Positions 51,814 to 64,000 of a stretch of 64,000 nucleotides of DNA are shown one piece after another (the stretch's first letter is position 1; each line of letters starts with the position of its first letter). The notes under the pieces are model-generated. The model worked only from the letters and a program-made list of their open reading frames with translations, was not told the origin of the DNA and searched no databases. Position numbers and translations under genes: made by a program. The DNA is from Octopus sinensis. Taxonomy: Eukaryota. The DNA lies in NCBI RefSeq assembly GCF_006345805.1, contig NC_043002.1, positions 28,334,001-28,398,000 of the forward strand, read 5' to 3'.

Positions 51814-51817
<4 letters not shown>
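51279..51817 (-). mobile_element. Second copy of the 48985 R4/Dong-like family, inverted, with a 1-bp frameshift
   Basis: Near-identical to 49150-49690. The poly-A run has 7 instead of 8 A. (ATT)n on both sides. Confidence 0.92.
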
Positions 51818-51858
<41 letters not shown>

Positions 51859-51879
51859 CATCATCATCATTATTATTAT

Positions 51880-52140
51880 TTGGTTTGACTCACGTTCGAT
51901 CTTATTCCTGGTAGTTACTACCTGTAATCTTAAGTATCCAGACGTTTTCTGTTGTCTTTCAAGGGATTATAACCCTCTTGATAATCCTTGCTGTCCCTAA
52001 GAGACAAACTTTCAGTAGGAGCCCTACTGCGCATTCTATTCCAGCCATTTGTCCATACCTTTGTTTACTGTTGCCAAGAATTATTATAGACACGACCTTT
52101 ACAATTCTCATACTCCGAATTCTTCCTATTTCAAATTTTA
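51880..52140 (-). pseudogene. REL C-terminus of another R4/Dong-like family
   Basis: LKFEIGRIRSMRIVKVVSIIILG...VCLLGTARIIKRV. Ends in (AAT)n. Confidence 0.65.
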
Positions 52141-52261
52141 AGGCGTTCATTTTTTATTTGTTTTTTGTTTTGTTTTTCGACCTCTTTCTTTACGATCCTG
52201 GAATCAAATTGGCATGGTGGTCGCTGGTATTATTATTATCATCATCATCATTATTATTATC

Positions 52262-52644
52262 ATTGAGTGAGAGAGCAGTGCATGCTATCAAAGTTATCCT
52301 AGGGGTACAAATATACGAAGCCCTGTATACCCATCATGACTACCCATCTGATCAGGGTACATCAAGTACATGCATCTCAACCACGTGTGTGACATGGTGA
52401 TCTCATATCAAGATAAACAATATATGTCCTTCCTACTACTTCTGCACGTGATCAGAGAGCCACTAAAAGACATACTCAACTGGTTACGGTCAAGCAATTG
52501 ACAAGCATATCTGTGGTATTGAGCAGAATATTTGCTGTAGTCCATCTTTTACACCATTACAAAATATGTACATGGCAAAACTTCCAATCAGTTAAGATCA
52601 AAAGCCATGAGACCCACCGCTGGTACGGTATCATGACATCATGA

Positions 52645-52697
<53 letters not shown>

Positions 52698-52840
52698 TAT
52701 TATTATTATTATTATTATTATCATCATCATCGTCATCACCATCATCTTTTATACCAAGACAAAACAATGTACATGATAACACTTCCAATCAGTAAAGATG
52801 AGAAGCCATGAGAGCCACTTCCTGGTACTGCATCAGGGCA
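52262..52840 (-). mobile_element. Repeat family D: internally deleted copy plus an extra 5' fragment
   Basis: 52262-52640 and 52745-52840 align to 50405-50965. Separated by (ATT)n. Confidence 0.7.
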
Positions 52841-52855
52841 TTTATTTATTTATTG

Positions 52856-52943
<88 letters not shown>

Positions 52944-52984
52944 CATCATCATCATCAGCAGCAGCAGCATTATCATCATTGGGT

Positions 52985-53267
52985 TTATCGTGACTAGGCG
53001 TGTTTCGCTATGCCCTTGTTTACCTTTAATGGTTATCTCGATTTCTCAGTAATTATATTTGGCTGACTTCATATTTTCGAAAGTTCTGTTATTATCTGCT
53101 GAGACAGATACTTCGATTGGGAAGGGTTTTTTCTAGGGGTCCTTAACAACAATATCTTGTCGATTTGCTATGATCTCCCTGCTTGTGTGTAGTAGCATAT
53201 CCCAGAAAATAGTATTTATAGCAGTCTCAGAGACCTTTTCTGATGTATATCTGTGCCATCATTTTTT
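52985..53267 (-). pseudogene. Degenerate REL fragment not shown in the ORF track
   Basis: Manual translation WHRYTSEKVSETAINTIFWDMLLHTSREIIANRQDIVVKDP versus WYRHTPEKVTENEKATILWDMPIHTHREIKANRPDIVVRD. Confidence 0.75.
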
Positions 53268-54352
53268 TCTGTATATAACTTGCAGTTTGTAAATGCCAAC
53301 ACCATCACCACCAAATAAACAAAAATTTTGTCAGTTGTACAGAAAATTAAATTAAGCAAAGAAGAAATTGGACAAAAATATTATGAAACAAAGCCCAAAC
53401 ATTTTAAAGAAAAAATAATGTTTCTGCGTTTGTAATACAAAACAGCAATTTTGATGCCTCACTTAACAATAATAGCAACAACTACACGCAATTCTGCAAA
53501 TGTCAGGTCCAATACGGACACATTACACACAGACTAATTTCACTCAGAAAAACAAATGTGGCAGAGATGTATTATAAAAGACTATGCCTCCTTACCCGAT
53601 GAATTTGAACAAAAACTGTTGAATAGAAAGGTAACTTACTTCTATACCATGAAAAATAGAGAAGAAACTTTGCACAGTCTGTAATGACGGATCCAGTGAG
53701 ACACTGGTAGATCTAAATGATGATATTTTTGATAATTGAAACGGATAGGGTGCATGGTAGCAGCTGTACATATCAATTCTGGAGAGCGAATCGAACCTGG
53801 AGAAGTGAGACAAACCATTACAGAGGAGACTACAAGGAGGAAAAAATATTGCAAAGGAGGTCAGCGGGACTTAGCAAAACTCAAAAGCTGTCTAAAACAC
53901 ACGAAGAGGATCCTCACTTAACACCGACGTGAGGTTCAGATTAGTGTTGACTGTTTAGGTCGATATACAATACAGAGGAAAATGAGTTCAGCTAATGCTA
54001 CGTTCAACTTTCATTTTTGGGGGATCGATCAGATAAAGTACAATTCAAGTACCTTGAGCGATGTTAATGCCTTGCTCCGCCCTTAAAATTTCTAGACTTG
54101 TGCTAAAATGTTTTTAGATATTATTATTAGAGACAGCAATGTGCATATATATATCTGTATATATATAGCGAGAGAGAGAGAGGGAGAGAGAGAGCGGGGG
54201 AGAGAGGGGGCTTGTATTAATATAGATATATATGTCATTAAAATATTAAATCCAATATTTTACTCACAAATTTGCAGTTTTCGTATAGAGATATTGCAAT
54301 CCATGTGTTTACATCTTCACAACGTGTTGTTGTGGTGGCGTATCTGAGGGAC

Positions 54353-54408
<56 letters not shown>

Positions 54409-54685
54409 ATATATATATATATATATATCAAATGTGAGGATAAAATTCTTTTCGAAAAAAAAAAATATTTTCTCGAAAAAATTTTATCAATGGCCAGCAT
54501 ATTAAAAAATACCTTTAACGGTTAAATTTATATAATTCATAAATGAGGGCAAGGGAAAAAAAATTCCAAATGCCAAATATGCCGAAAAATTGGACATATT
54601 GTCCATTAACCATGTAATTTTTTCCCAATACGCACGCTACTCGAATAAAGGTCGAAAGAAATTTCTAAAAAATTCCATTATTACC

Positions 54686-54740
54686 ATATCGGACCGATTT
54701 CAGAGTTAGCTACTAAGAGCCCTCTCTTCGTCAGTGATAC
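54686..54740 (-). ncRNA. Type I hammerhead ribozyme motif, unit 1
   Basis: GTATCA-CTGACGA-AGAG(18 nt)CTCT-GAAA-TCGG-TC^CGATAT. Intact core, 4-bp stem II, GUC triplet, stem I with one A.C mismatch. Confidence 0.7.
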
Positions 54741-55188
54741 ATGTGGTAAAAGAAATAAATGAGATACTTACTCATACCCATGAAAGAAGCAAACACTAAG
54801 TCATGGGCACAATTAAGTACCCCAAATACATCCAAAATAGAAGTACTCCAGCCCATCCGAGGCACGTGCGATTTGAACTGAGGCTCTCACAGAGTGAGTT
54901 AGTTAGTCCGGAAGTGAACGCTTAAATTTATATCAAATGTGAAGATAAAATTATTTTCGAAAAAAAATATTTTCTCGAAAAAAATTTTATCAATGGCCAG
55001 CATATTAAAAAATACCTTTAACGGTTAAATTTATATAATTCATAAATGAGGGCAAGGGAAAAAATATTCCAAATGCCAAATATGCCGAAAAATTGGACAT
55101 ATTGTCCATTAACCATATAATTTTTTCACAATACGCACTTTACTCGAATAAAGGTCGAAAGAAATTTCTAAAAGATTCCATTATTACC

Positions 55189-55243
55189 ATATCGGACCGA
55201 TTTCAGAGTTAGCTACTAAGAGCCCTCTCTTCGTCAGTGATAC
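55189..55243 (-). ncRNA. Type I hammerhead ribozyme motif, unit 2
   Basis: Identical to 54686-54740, offset by 503 bp. Confidence 0.7.
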
Positions 55244-55405
55244 ATGTGGTAAAAGAAATAAATGAGATACTTACTCATACCCATGAAAGAAGCAAACACT
55301 AAGTCATGGGCACAATTAAGTACCCCAAATACATCCAAAATAGAAATACTCCAGCCCATTCGCATATTTGGCATTTGAAATTTTTTTCCCTTGCCCTCAT
55401 TTATG

Positions 55406-55444
<39 letters not shown>

Positions 55445-55544
55445 GTAAGCCATCTCAGTTTCCTGAGATGGCCTACATTATAACGTAGTTTCCTTTCATT
55501 GTTCTTGTGGATTCTTAATTCTTGGTTCGTGATGGTTTTATTAT

Positions 55545-56065
55545 TATTATTATTTTTTTTACCATTAAGACTATTCTGCAGAGACCTGAATAAGTGGAAA
55601 TCCGAAGGAGCAACATCTACAGAATATGGAGGGTGGGGTAACACATCCCAGCTGAACTGCAGCAATTTTTGTTTGTTTCCCAAAGAAACGTGCGGTCTTG
55701 CATTATCATGTTGGACAGTAACACCCTTCCTGTTGGCCAATTCTAGAATGTTTCTCTTGAATTGCTACTTTTAACTAGTCCAGTTGTGCGCAGTATTTCT
55801 CAGAATTAATTGTCTGGTTACTTGGGAGAAGCTCATAGTACAGAATTCCTTTCCAATCCCACCAGACACAAAGCAAGACTATTTTTTTTAGGGTGAAGAT
55901 CCGCTTTCCGAGTGGCTAAGGGTGGCTCATGACGCTTAATCCAGGATCGCTTCCTCTGAACATTTCGGTAGACAATCCATTTCTCATCACCTGTCACAAT
56001 TTGCATTAAAAAAGGCGCGTTTTCATTCCGTTTATAAAGCGAATCACAGATGGAAATGTAGTCAA
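55545..56065 (-). pseudogene. mariner (DD34D) transposase relic
   Basis: IVTGDEKWIVY, LHPKK, CVWWDWKGILYYELL, HDNARPH, HPPYSVDVAPSDFHLFRSL. Confidence 0.9.
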
Positions 56066-57080
56066 ATCCTATTTTATGGACTCAACCATGTTCTAAAACA
56101 AGTCGAAAGGTAAGCTACTATAAATCGGCACGAACTTTCCGGACAACCCAATAATTCTTTCGGTCTCTTTATGTTTGTATTTAAAACCTACCGAAGACAA
56201 CGTTGCCTTTATCCTTCCGTGGTCGATAAAATGAAGTACCATTCAAGCATTGGGTTCTATTTAATCGTCTAGATCTTCTCTTCTAAACTGCTAGTCTTGC
56301 ATCTAAATTGGAAACAATTTCAAGGTCGGTGAATGTGAGGCAAGAGGACTCCAAACTGATGAAAATGGCACTTTGCTATATATATTTATAACTGACTGTA
56401 TTCGGTGTTCATATCACGCCGTAATCGATCTTCACATTTATCCCTTCGGGGTCGATAAAATTAAATACCAGTTAAAGACTAGAAGTATGATACTTCATCG
56501 AGCATAACCCATTGTTGTGAATTTGTAGCCACGTGATTCAGTTAGCAATCGCCTTTATTATGGTTAGTGTTAGCAGTGTCGATGTTGTTGTTATTGTTGT
56601 TGTTAGCGGCGGTGGTAGTAGTAGTAGTGGTGGTGGTGGTGGTGGTGAGAGTGGGGTACTCGTTTCTATCTTTAATCTATAATGGAATCGAAAGTCGACT
56701 TGATGATATATGCGTTCATTTCTGAAGAATACTCAGGATATCGCGAGCCAAACACCCACGGCACACATATATCATTACAGCAAATAACACTTTATAAATT
56801 GTTGCTTAGCGGTAAAATACATACATACATACATACACATAGACACTCAGACACACAGACACACAGGTGTTTACATATATGTACGCATAGCGGCATATAT
56901 ATATATATATAATATCACACCAATGCACGCACACACACACACAAAGAAAGATACAGTTATTTCCATGTCAGTAAACTTACAAAAAGGTGCACGTGTAATG
57001 TACACACAGAATCTATGAAAGATTCGTATGCATATATACATGTCTAGTATAGACCTCTATGTTACAGGCGTGTTTGTGAC

Positions 57081-57113
<33 letters not shown>

Positions 57114-57330
57114 AGAGAGACACACACACACAGACAGAGACTGTGTGAATAAGTTGAAATAAGCAAATTTGCATACATACCTACTTACAAATACGCATGC
57201 ACGCGCACACACACATATGAACGCATGCATATATTCATAACTTCATGTATATAAGTGGATATATATATATACATGTTTATCTTCACATCTATATAAATAT
57301 ATATATACGTATGGTTTAAATATATATATA

Positions 57331-58040
57331 CTTTGATACTTTGATACTTTGATAGGTTTCGCCATTATTGGCCCAGGCCATGTCTAACTTAATAGCACCA
57401 CCTGGTGAGTCTTTCAAGTCAGAATTTGGCACTATGGCCCACTCAAGTAGAGAGTTATTGTTTCCAGAGAACATATCAGGTTGTAGGGGGTTTATCCGGG
57501 ATTTCTTGAAGGAATCTGTCCAAAGACTTCTTGAACCCTATAGGTCAGTTCTGTTTTAATGGTTTTGGTGTAATGTTAAAGAGAGCGGGGCCAATTGAGG
57601 TGAAATAATTGTGCCGTATGTTGTTATGAGATGAGAGTGCGATTTTTGTTTTGGGCGGATGGCACGGGGGCCAGCCTTGGATGTACCTAAAGGTGATGCC
57701 AACATCATTTGGGCAATGCTGATGAATATTTTCCACATCATGCAGATGATGTAGCGCTCACGACGACGTTGGAGAGAATAGAGTTTTAGCTTTTCTAGTC
57801 GACACCCAATAGTCGAGGCCTGTCATGCCATATCTCTCTTTTTGTGATTGCCCTTTGAGGTATGCTTCGATTTATGATACCTTGTATTGTGTGGGGAGAC
57901 CACAGTGGACAACAGTATTCAAGGTGGGGTAGGGCAAAGTGAGAGAAGAGAAGGATAATGTGTGTGGATATCTCTCGACTGGAAAGTTCTGAGAATCCAG
58001 GAACACATTCTGCGGGCCATGTCAACTTTGTGTTTATATG
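57331..58040 (-). pseudogene. CR1-group LINE RT C-terminus and 3' end with (TATCAAAG)n tail
   Basis: [53 protein letters not shown]. Confidence 0.85.
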
Positions 58041-58342
58041 AGTGGCCCAGCTATATATATATATTATATATTTAATATATATATATATATACATATATCT
58101 ATATATATATATGCATATATATATTAATATATATGTATATATAATATGTATATTATAATATATATATATATACATATATATACATATATATATATTAATA
58201 TATATGTATATATAATATGTATACTTATAATATATATATATATACATATTTACGCATACATACATGTGTATATATTTTAGATATAAATGTGTGTGTATAT
58301 ATATATATATATGTATTATTATATGTATACTATATATATATG

Positions 58343-58378
<36 letters not shown>

Positions 58379-58394
58379 ATGTGTGTATGTGTGT

Positions 58395-58427
<33 letters not shown>

Positions 58428-59085
58428 AGTATATATATATATATATATACGAGTGTGACGTGTATGGTGCGTGTGTTATATTATGTATTATACCGTATAT
58501 GTGTTTTGTATATGAGTATGATTATCACATTCAAAACCATATACAAATGTATAGATATACATGTGAGAGTGCAGCTTTGCCTATATGCATATATGCGTGT
58601 ACGTATCTACGTATGTATGCATAGATATATGCACTCACCTATGTATGTATGTATTATGTATGTATGTATGTATGTATGTATGTATGTATGTATGTATGTA
58701 TGTATGTATGTATGTATGTATGTATGTGAGAGTATAGATAATCTATTAAAGATGAGAAAATACAACATTGTCGTGTCAGTGATGGATGAGAATTTTTACG
58801 GAGTCTCTTGACGAACCCCAATAAGCACACAATGTCATCTCACTTTACCAACAACGCAACAGTAATTTAGATATAAATAAAATGTCGTATACAAATTAAT
58901 CTCCCCTTATACTGTAACTCTTTTATCGCTGAAATCATTTTCGTGTAGACGAAGGTTAATCTTATTTTCCTACCGTCTATTTTTTCTTAATTCTGCTGTT
59001 TATTACGTTTGCTTGTTTTCGGAGAATGGTTATTGTAAATTACTTAATATACATACATACATACATACATACATACATACATACA

Positions 59086-59116
<31 letters not shown>

Positions 59117-59246
59117 GTATGTATGCATGTATAAACTCACTTGGGAATATATATATGTATGTACATACATATATACTTATATATATATAAATATATATAT
59201 ATACATACACATACCTACAAGCATACAAAAATGCATACATCCATGC

Positions 59247-59284
<38 letters not shown>

Positions 59285-59557
59285 ACACATATATAAACAT
59301 ACTTATATCTGTATATAAATATCTTGTGCGCGTGCACGTGTGTGAGTGAGAGAGAGTTCTTAGTATGTAAGTATATAGATATATATATAAATGTATTTGT
59401 ATGTATATATGTTTGTAAATAAATGTAGTTTTATATGGTATATTTGTTTACAGATCTCTACGGAACTAAAACTAATATACATATACACACACATTCACAC
59501 AAACACACACACGCACATATGTGTATATACATCTTTGTATATAAACGCATATTGATC

Positions 59558-59620
<63 letters not shown>

Positions 59621-59742
59621 ATAGATAAACAAACAGATAGACTTGTTGACTGATTGATTGGTCGCTTGATTGATCGATTGATACATTTATATAACTGCAA
59701 TCAAAGACGTATGAAGATATAGTGTGTACACATTACATATAC

Positions 59743-59832
<90 letters not shown>

Positions 59833-60719
59833 CATAATGCGTGAGCGGGCGCGCATGTGTGTGTGTAAGTAGGTATATAGAACTATGATACACACGCGTA
59901 CGTATACACGTACAACAAACGTTCAAAAATATATGTATGCATTTATTAATATATATATACACACGCATACACATACCTATATACTAGTTTGCATGCATGC
60001 TTGTGTATATTAAATACATATATAGTATATACATATGTACATATGTACATATATATATATAAACAGTAAAAATTTGTCATTATAGTATTCGAAGTTTCTA
60101 ATGCCAAAGCGAAGAGCTACGATACATTCTCGTCGGCTATTAATGGCAACAGACGCTATGAAAAACCGTTGAATGAAAAGGAAAATACTCTAATAGGTAG
60201 AAGAAAAAAGAAAAATATAAGAAAAAATACGCGCAACCACATTCTCACAATACATAGAATAAACCTCTTGCGTTCACAACGTCTACATACGTACACACTC
60301 ACACAAACATGTATAGGTACATGTACATATACACACACAAGCATATATGGTTGTACTTACTCATACATACACACATATCCATACACACGCGCAGATGTAT
60401 ACATATATATATGTATATGTATACAGACATACATTCACACTCCTGCATATATACAAACATATGCATATCCGTATAAATGGAGGGGGCGTGTGCATGAAAG
60501 TCGCACATATGCACCTGACATAGTCTTACATGTAGATACATATACACATACACAGACACACACACATATACATATAATATATATACATACAAATGCATGT
60601 ACTCACACAAAAAAGAAAAAGGAAAAAATGGAAAAATATATATAAAAAATAAATTATTAAAAATTAATGGAAGTTAAAAGATATGGGAAAGTTTGTGCAG
60701 AAACATAGAAGAAATGTAA

Positions 60720-61100
60720 ATTCTAGCCGTGATCTTGTGGGGGGGAGGACAAAGCCGCAATAGGTATTTTGTGACATGTGGACAAAATGTTCAGTTCTTG
60801 AATTTAAACAAGGAACTTTTCCAGATGAGCCATCTTTCCATATTACAAAGACCGCTCTTGCCACTATTGTTGGTATAATGTTTACACTTCGATGAAATCT
60901 TCCAGTAAATCCTGCAGCTGGCACCTTGTTCTTTTAAGAACCATATATAACTAGATAATTTAGTAGTTTTTCGTTTATTCCAATGTCTGAAGCTTAAGGC
61001 GTGATTGTTGAAACTCTCTTTGAGACCCACATACCTCTTGGATGAAACTGTATTATTTGCTTTCGTGGAATTTACGGTGGCTTCATAAATAATGGCCTCG
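60720..61100 (-). pseudogene. Penelope-like (Naiad-type) GIY-YIG endonuclease relic
   Basis: IIYEATV...YVGL.ESFNNHALSFRH..K..TKLSSYIWFLK...WKI...LC..E, then LNSRTE and CPH.TKYLL across frameshifts. Confidence 0.75.
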
Positions 61101-61123
61101 CTCATACATACATATATATATAA

Positions 61124-61900
61124 TATTGGGTCATCCCATAAATAATGAGGTTTTTTCATACTTCTTTTATTTTTCAAAATTAAGATAAACAAAGTTCTTT
61201 TTTAATCTAAAATATACTCTTCATTTTCTACAATGCTCTTCCATCTACGTGGTAGACTTGCAACGCCGCTCGTCCAAAATTCACTCGTGATGAAAAATAT
61301 TCTCCACTACTGTTCTGATCTCGTCTACAGAATTCATATTTTCCCGCCCAAATATGTTTGAAGACTGCGGAATAATCAGATGGGGCAATACCCGGCGATT
61401 ATGGTGGGTGGGGCAACATTTCCCATTTAGACTGCTCCAACCTTTGGAATGGCATCCTCATTGTATGATGCCGAGCATTATCATGATGGAGGAACACTTT
61501 TCATCTTGAAACCAAAAATTGTCGTTTTCTGATGAAACGCAGGTGTCGATGAATGGTTGAATGACCAAATGCAAGCTGCTGTGCTACTTCTTCAACAGTT
61601 ACGATGGGATTTTGTTCCATCAGGTTTTGCAGGACGTCCTCGTCGAGCTCTACAGATCTTCCAGGATGAGACTCGTCTTCTAGGCTGTAGTTTCAGGTTC
61701 GGAATTTCTGGAACCACCGTTGACACTGACTTATGCTAATTCTCAGATCCCCATATACTGCATTAATATTCCACGCACTTTCCGTTGCGTTGATGCCTTT
61801 ATTGAACTCATAAGGCAAAACAAACTCTTTGCTACTTCAATTACAGCTTTAAAAAATAACTATTAAAAACGAACAGCACTCTTCAAAACTTGCACTAAGA
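61124..61900 (-). mobile_element. Internally deleted mariner element
   Basis: TIR TATTGGGTCATCCCATAAATAATG at 61124 next to (TA)n. HTH region (YEFNKG...QRWFQKF...GRS) is joined almost directly to HHDNARHH...HPP*SPGIAPSDY. Confidence 0.8.
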
Positions 61901-62214
61901 TTAAAAACAAGTTTAAATTACTACCTGCTTTTAGAGCAAGTTGATGCAAGTAGCGTATCCCGTCACCCTCTAACTTTTAGTTTACGCATTTGAATAATTA
62001 TGATGCTATGATGCTAGGTGTTTTCATTGTTTTGTCCAAATGTATGTGTGTGTGATTCTGTGTGCAAAGAATGCGGGTTTAGTTCACAGGTGATCTAAAA
62101 GATTAGGTATGCTAGGTAAGTGCTGTAACGGTTTACTGGGGCTTCATGGTTATAGCCGAGACGGTAGTTATGGGGCCATTGCAGATTTTCGATGCAGCGG
62201 ATCTGTAATTGTTA

Positions 62215-62349
62215 AACTGGTACTTATTTAATCGACCCCGAAAGGATGAAAGGCAAAGTCGACCACGGCGGAATTTGAACTCAGAACGTAACGGCAGACG
62301 AAATACGGTTACGCATTTCGCACGGCATGCTATCGTTTCTGCCAGCTCG
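62215..62349 (-). mobile_element. SINE family A, partial
   Basis: Near-identical to 775-909. Confidence 0.85.
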
Positions 62350-62497
62350 TTGCATGGTGGTATATCCAAGATATACCACCATGCGAGAGATAGTATTGAA
62401 AACTTATGGATATATGAGGTGGTTTTAAAGTCAAGTTTTGACTGCTAACTCTAGCATAGCGGTATCTCTTAGATACCCTTAATTATAATTATATATG

Positions 62498-62531
<34 letters not shown>

Positions 62532-62541
62532 TGTATGTATG

Positions 62542-62634
<93 letters not shown>

Positions 62635-62792
62635 TTAACTTTACCACACCGCGAACCTTTAGAAATAGCAGCCAAAAAATCTTAGCTATTTCTTCTACTA
62701 TAAGAAAAATCTTCCAGACAATGCATACTCAAAAATAACTCACACAGGTATAGAGGGATAAATAACGAAAGATCACACGTACATAAGATTAC

Positions 62793-62854
62793 TTGAGAAC
62801 GGCCGTTTCTGGATTAGTTGAATATAAAGATCAACATTTCCTTCGTCAGCTCAA
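62793..62854 (-). ncRNA. Type I hammerhead ribozyme motif
   Basis: TTGAG-CTGACGA-A-GGA..GTTGA(9 nt)TCAAC..TCC-A-GAAA-CGGCCG-TT^CTCAA. Perfect 5-bp stem I, intact core, palindromic stem III. Confidence 0.7.
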
Positions 62855-63115
62855 AGATTTCTTTTGATTTGGATTTGAGAGCACTAAAAATCGAACATAC
62901 CCGTCTGATATGAGTAATCCCAGACAAACCATCTTCGACCGCTAATACTAACGAATTCCAAAAGTACAAAAGAGGCTTCGCATTCTTCCCCTTCCTCCCA
63001 CGTGAGTTACAGAGCAAATACATTCCTACAGAGAGAGCTGTAGTTTAATATCAGGGAGAGAGAATTATATTATTAATAATAAAAGGGTAAAACTAATTAA
63101 TTATTAATTAATTTT

Positions 63116-63229
63116 ACCAAGTAGTGTTCAGTAAGTAAAAAGACAATTTACGGTATATTTAAAACATTACGTTATATAATTAGGGTTCAGACCGTAAATG
63201 GTCTTTTTACATACTGAACACTACTTGGT
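63116..63229. repeat. ~39-bp inverted repeat
   Basis: ACCAAGTAGTGTTCAGTA...ATTTACGGT versus ACCGTAAATGG...TACTGAACACTACTTGGT. Confidence 0.8.
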
Positions 63230-63230
63230 T

Positions 63231-63289
<59 letters not shown>

Positions 63290-63321
63290 ATAAGCAAATA
63301 ACACAGGATATCAAGTAGTGA

Positions 63322-63407
63322 TGCAGTACGACCGTTACAAGCGGCTCCATTTAATTGAACAATTCAATCATTACATTAATTTAAGTGCACTGCCATCTTC
63401 AGCTGCA
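63322..63407 (-). ncRNA. Degenerate hammerhead motif
   Basis: TGCAG-CTGAAGA-...-GTAA-CGGTCG-TA^CTGCA. Perfect 5-bp stem I; GAAA is GTAA; stem II poorly formed. Confidence 0.45.
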
Positions 63408-63767
63408 CAAATAAATAAAAATAATTTTAACAAGTAGGACACAATATAATTTTTCTCAAATATTTTAACAGAGCAAGAAGATATAAAATCTATAGCAACA
63501 AAAGGAAGAAATATGCATACATACATACATACACACATACATACATGCATACATAAATACTTACATACATACATACATACATACATGCATACATACATAT
63601 ATATGTATGTATGTTATGTATGTATATGTGTATGTATGTATGTATGTATTTATATATGTATGTATAAATTTTTAAAGACGAAAAGGGTTGACCAGAGGAT
63701 GGGCAACTTTCCTGTCTCAGGGAATCCGTCCAATACGTTCTTATATGTAAAAGCGGATGCAAGAAAG

Positions 63768-63804
<37 letters not shown>

Positions 63805-64000
63805 AATGATGATGATGACGACGAGGAGGAGGAGGAGGATCGTGACAATGATGAATATGATGATGATAATAATAACAACAACAACAATACTAAATAGTTA
63901 AATACGAGCGCTAATGTTAATGTCCACACACTAATAGATCTGACAAGATTTCACCGCCTCACACAGCTAATCAGTCATTCTAACCAATTCAAATTGCCAT

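Larger units (their letters stand above)
54426..55411 (-). mobile_element. Tandem ~503-bp repeat (full plus partial) with a ~50-bp inverted tail; PLE pseudo-LTR or retrozyme-like
   Basis: Unit 1 at ~54426-54930 and unit 2 at ~54931-55359 are near-identical. 55361-55411 is the reverse complement of ~54531-54582. (TA)n on both flanks. Confidence 0.8.

Noticed and set aside
53500-53940. Coding-like stretch KQMWQRCIIKDYASLPDEFEQKLL
   Set aside because: Possibly an old LINE relic, but I could not assign any motif.
54426-55360. Direct repeats as a possible CRISPR array or true LTR pair
   Set aside because: There are no short repeat-spacer units, no TG...CA ends and no internal gag/pol region; the units are adjacent.
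60780-60810. In-frame TGA in the Naiad-type endonuclease as possible selenocysteine
   Set aside because: The TGA arises from a frameshift (the alternative frame reads LNSRTE) and is not at a cysteine position. No SECIS was identified.

Overview
AT-rich, microsatellite-dense animal non-coding DNA (intergenic or deep intronic). The repeat content resembles what I recall of octopus genomes; this is an unverified inference. I found no supportable host protein-coding gene, rRNA, intact tRNA or CRISPR array. Most ORF-track entries are simple-repeat or SINE artefacts. The window is a mosaic of transposon relics: (1) several tRNA-derived SINE families, labelled A, B, C and E here, plus a headless repeat D ending in (AAT)n; (2) about ten fragments of R4/Dong-like non-LTR retrotransposons with a restriction-like endonuclease (REL), mostly in or beside (AAT)n arrays; (3) Penelope-like element (PLE) RT and GIY-YIG relics; (4) CR1-group and RTE LINE 3' ends; (5) Tc1/mariner, Helitron and hAT-type relics. 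The most notable structure not shown by the ORF track is a set of about a dozen minimal type I hammerhead ribozyme motifs from unrelated sequence families. Several are intact by manual folding. They sit in long inverted repeats and in a ~503-bp tandem repeat with an inverted tail, typically next to (TA)n arrays, which fits PLE-derived or retrozyme-like non-autonomous elements. All alignments and folds were done by eye; no searches were run, and relic boundaries are approximate.
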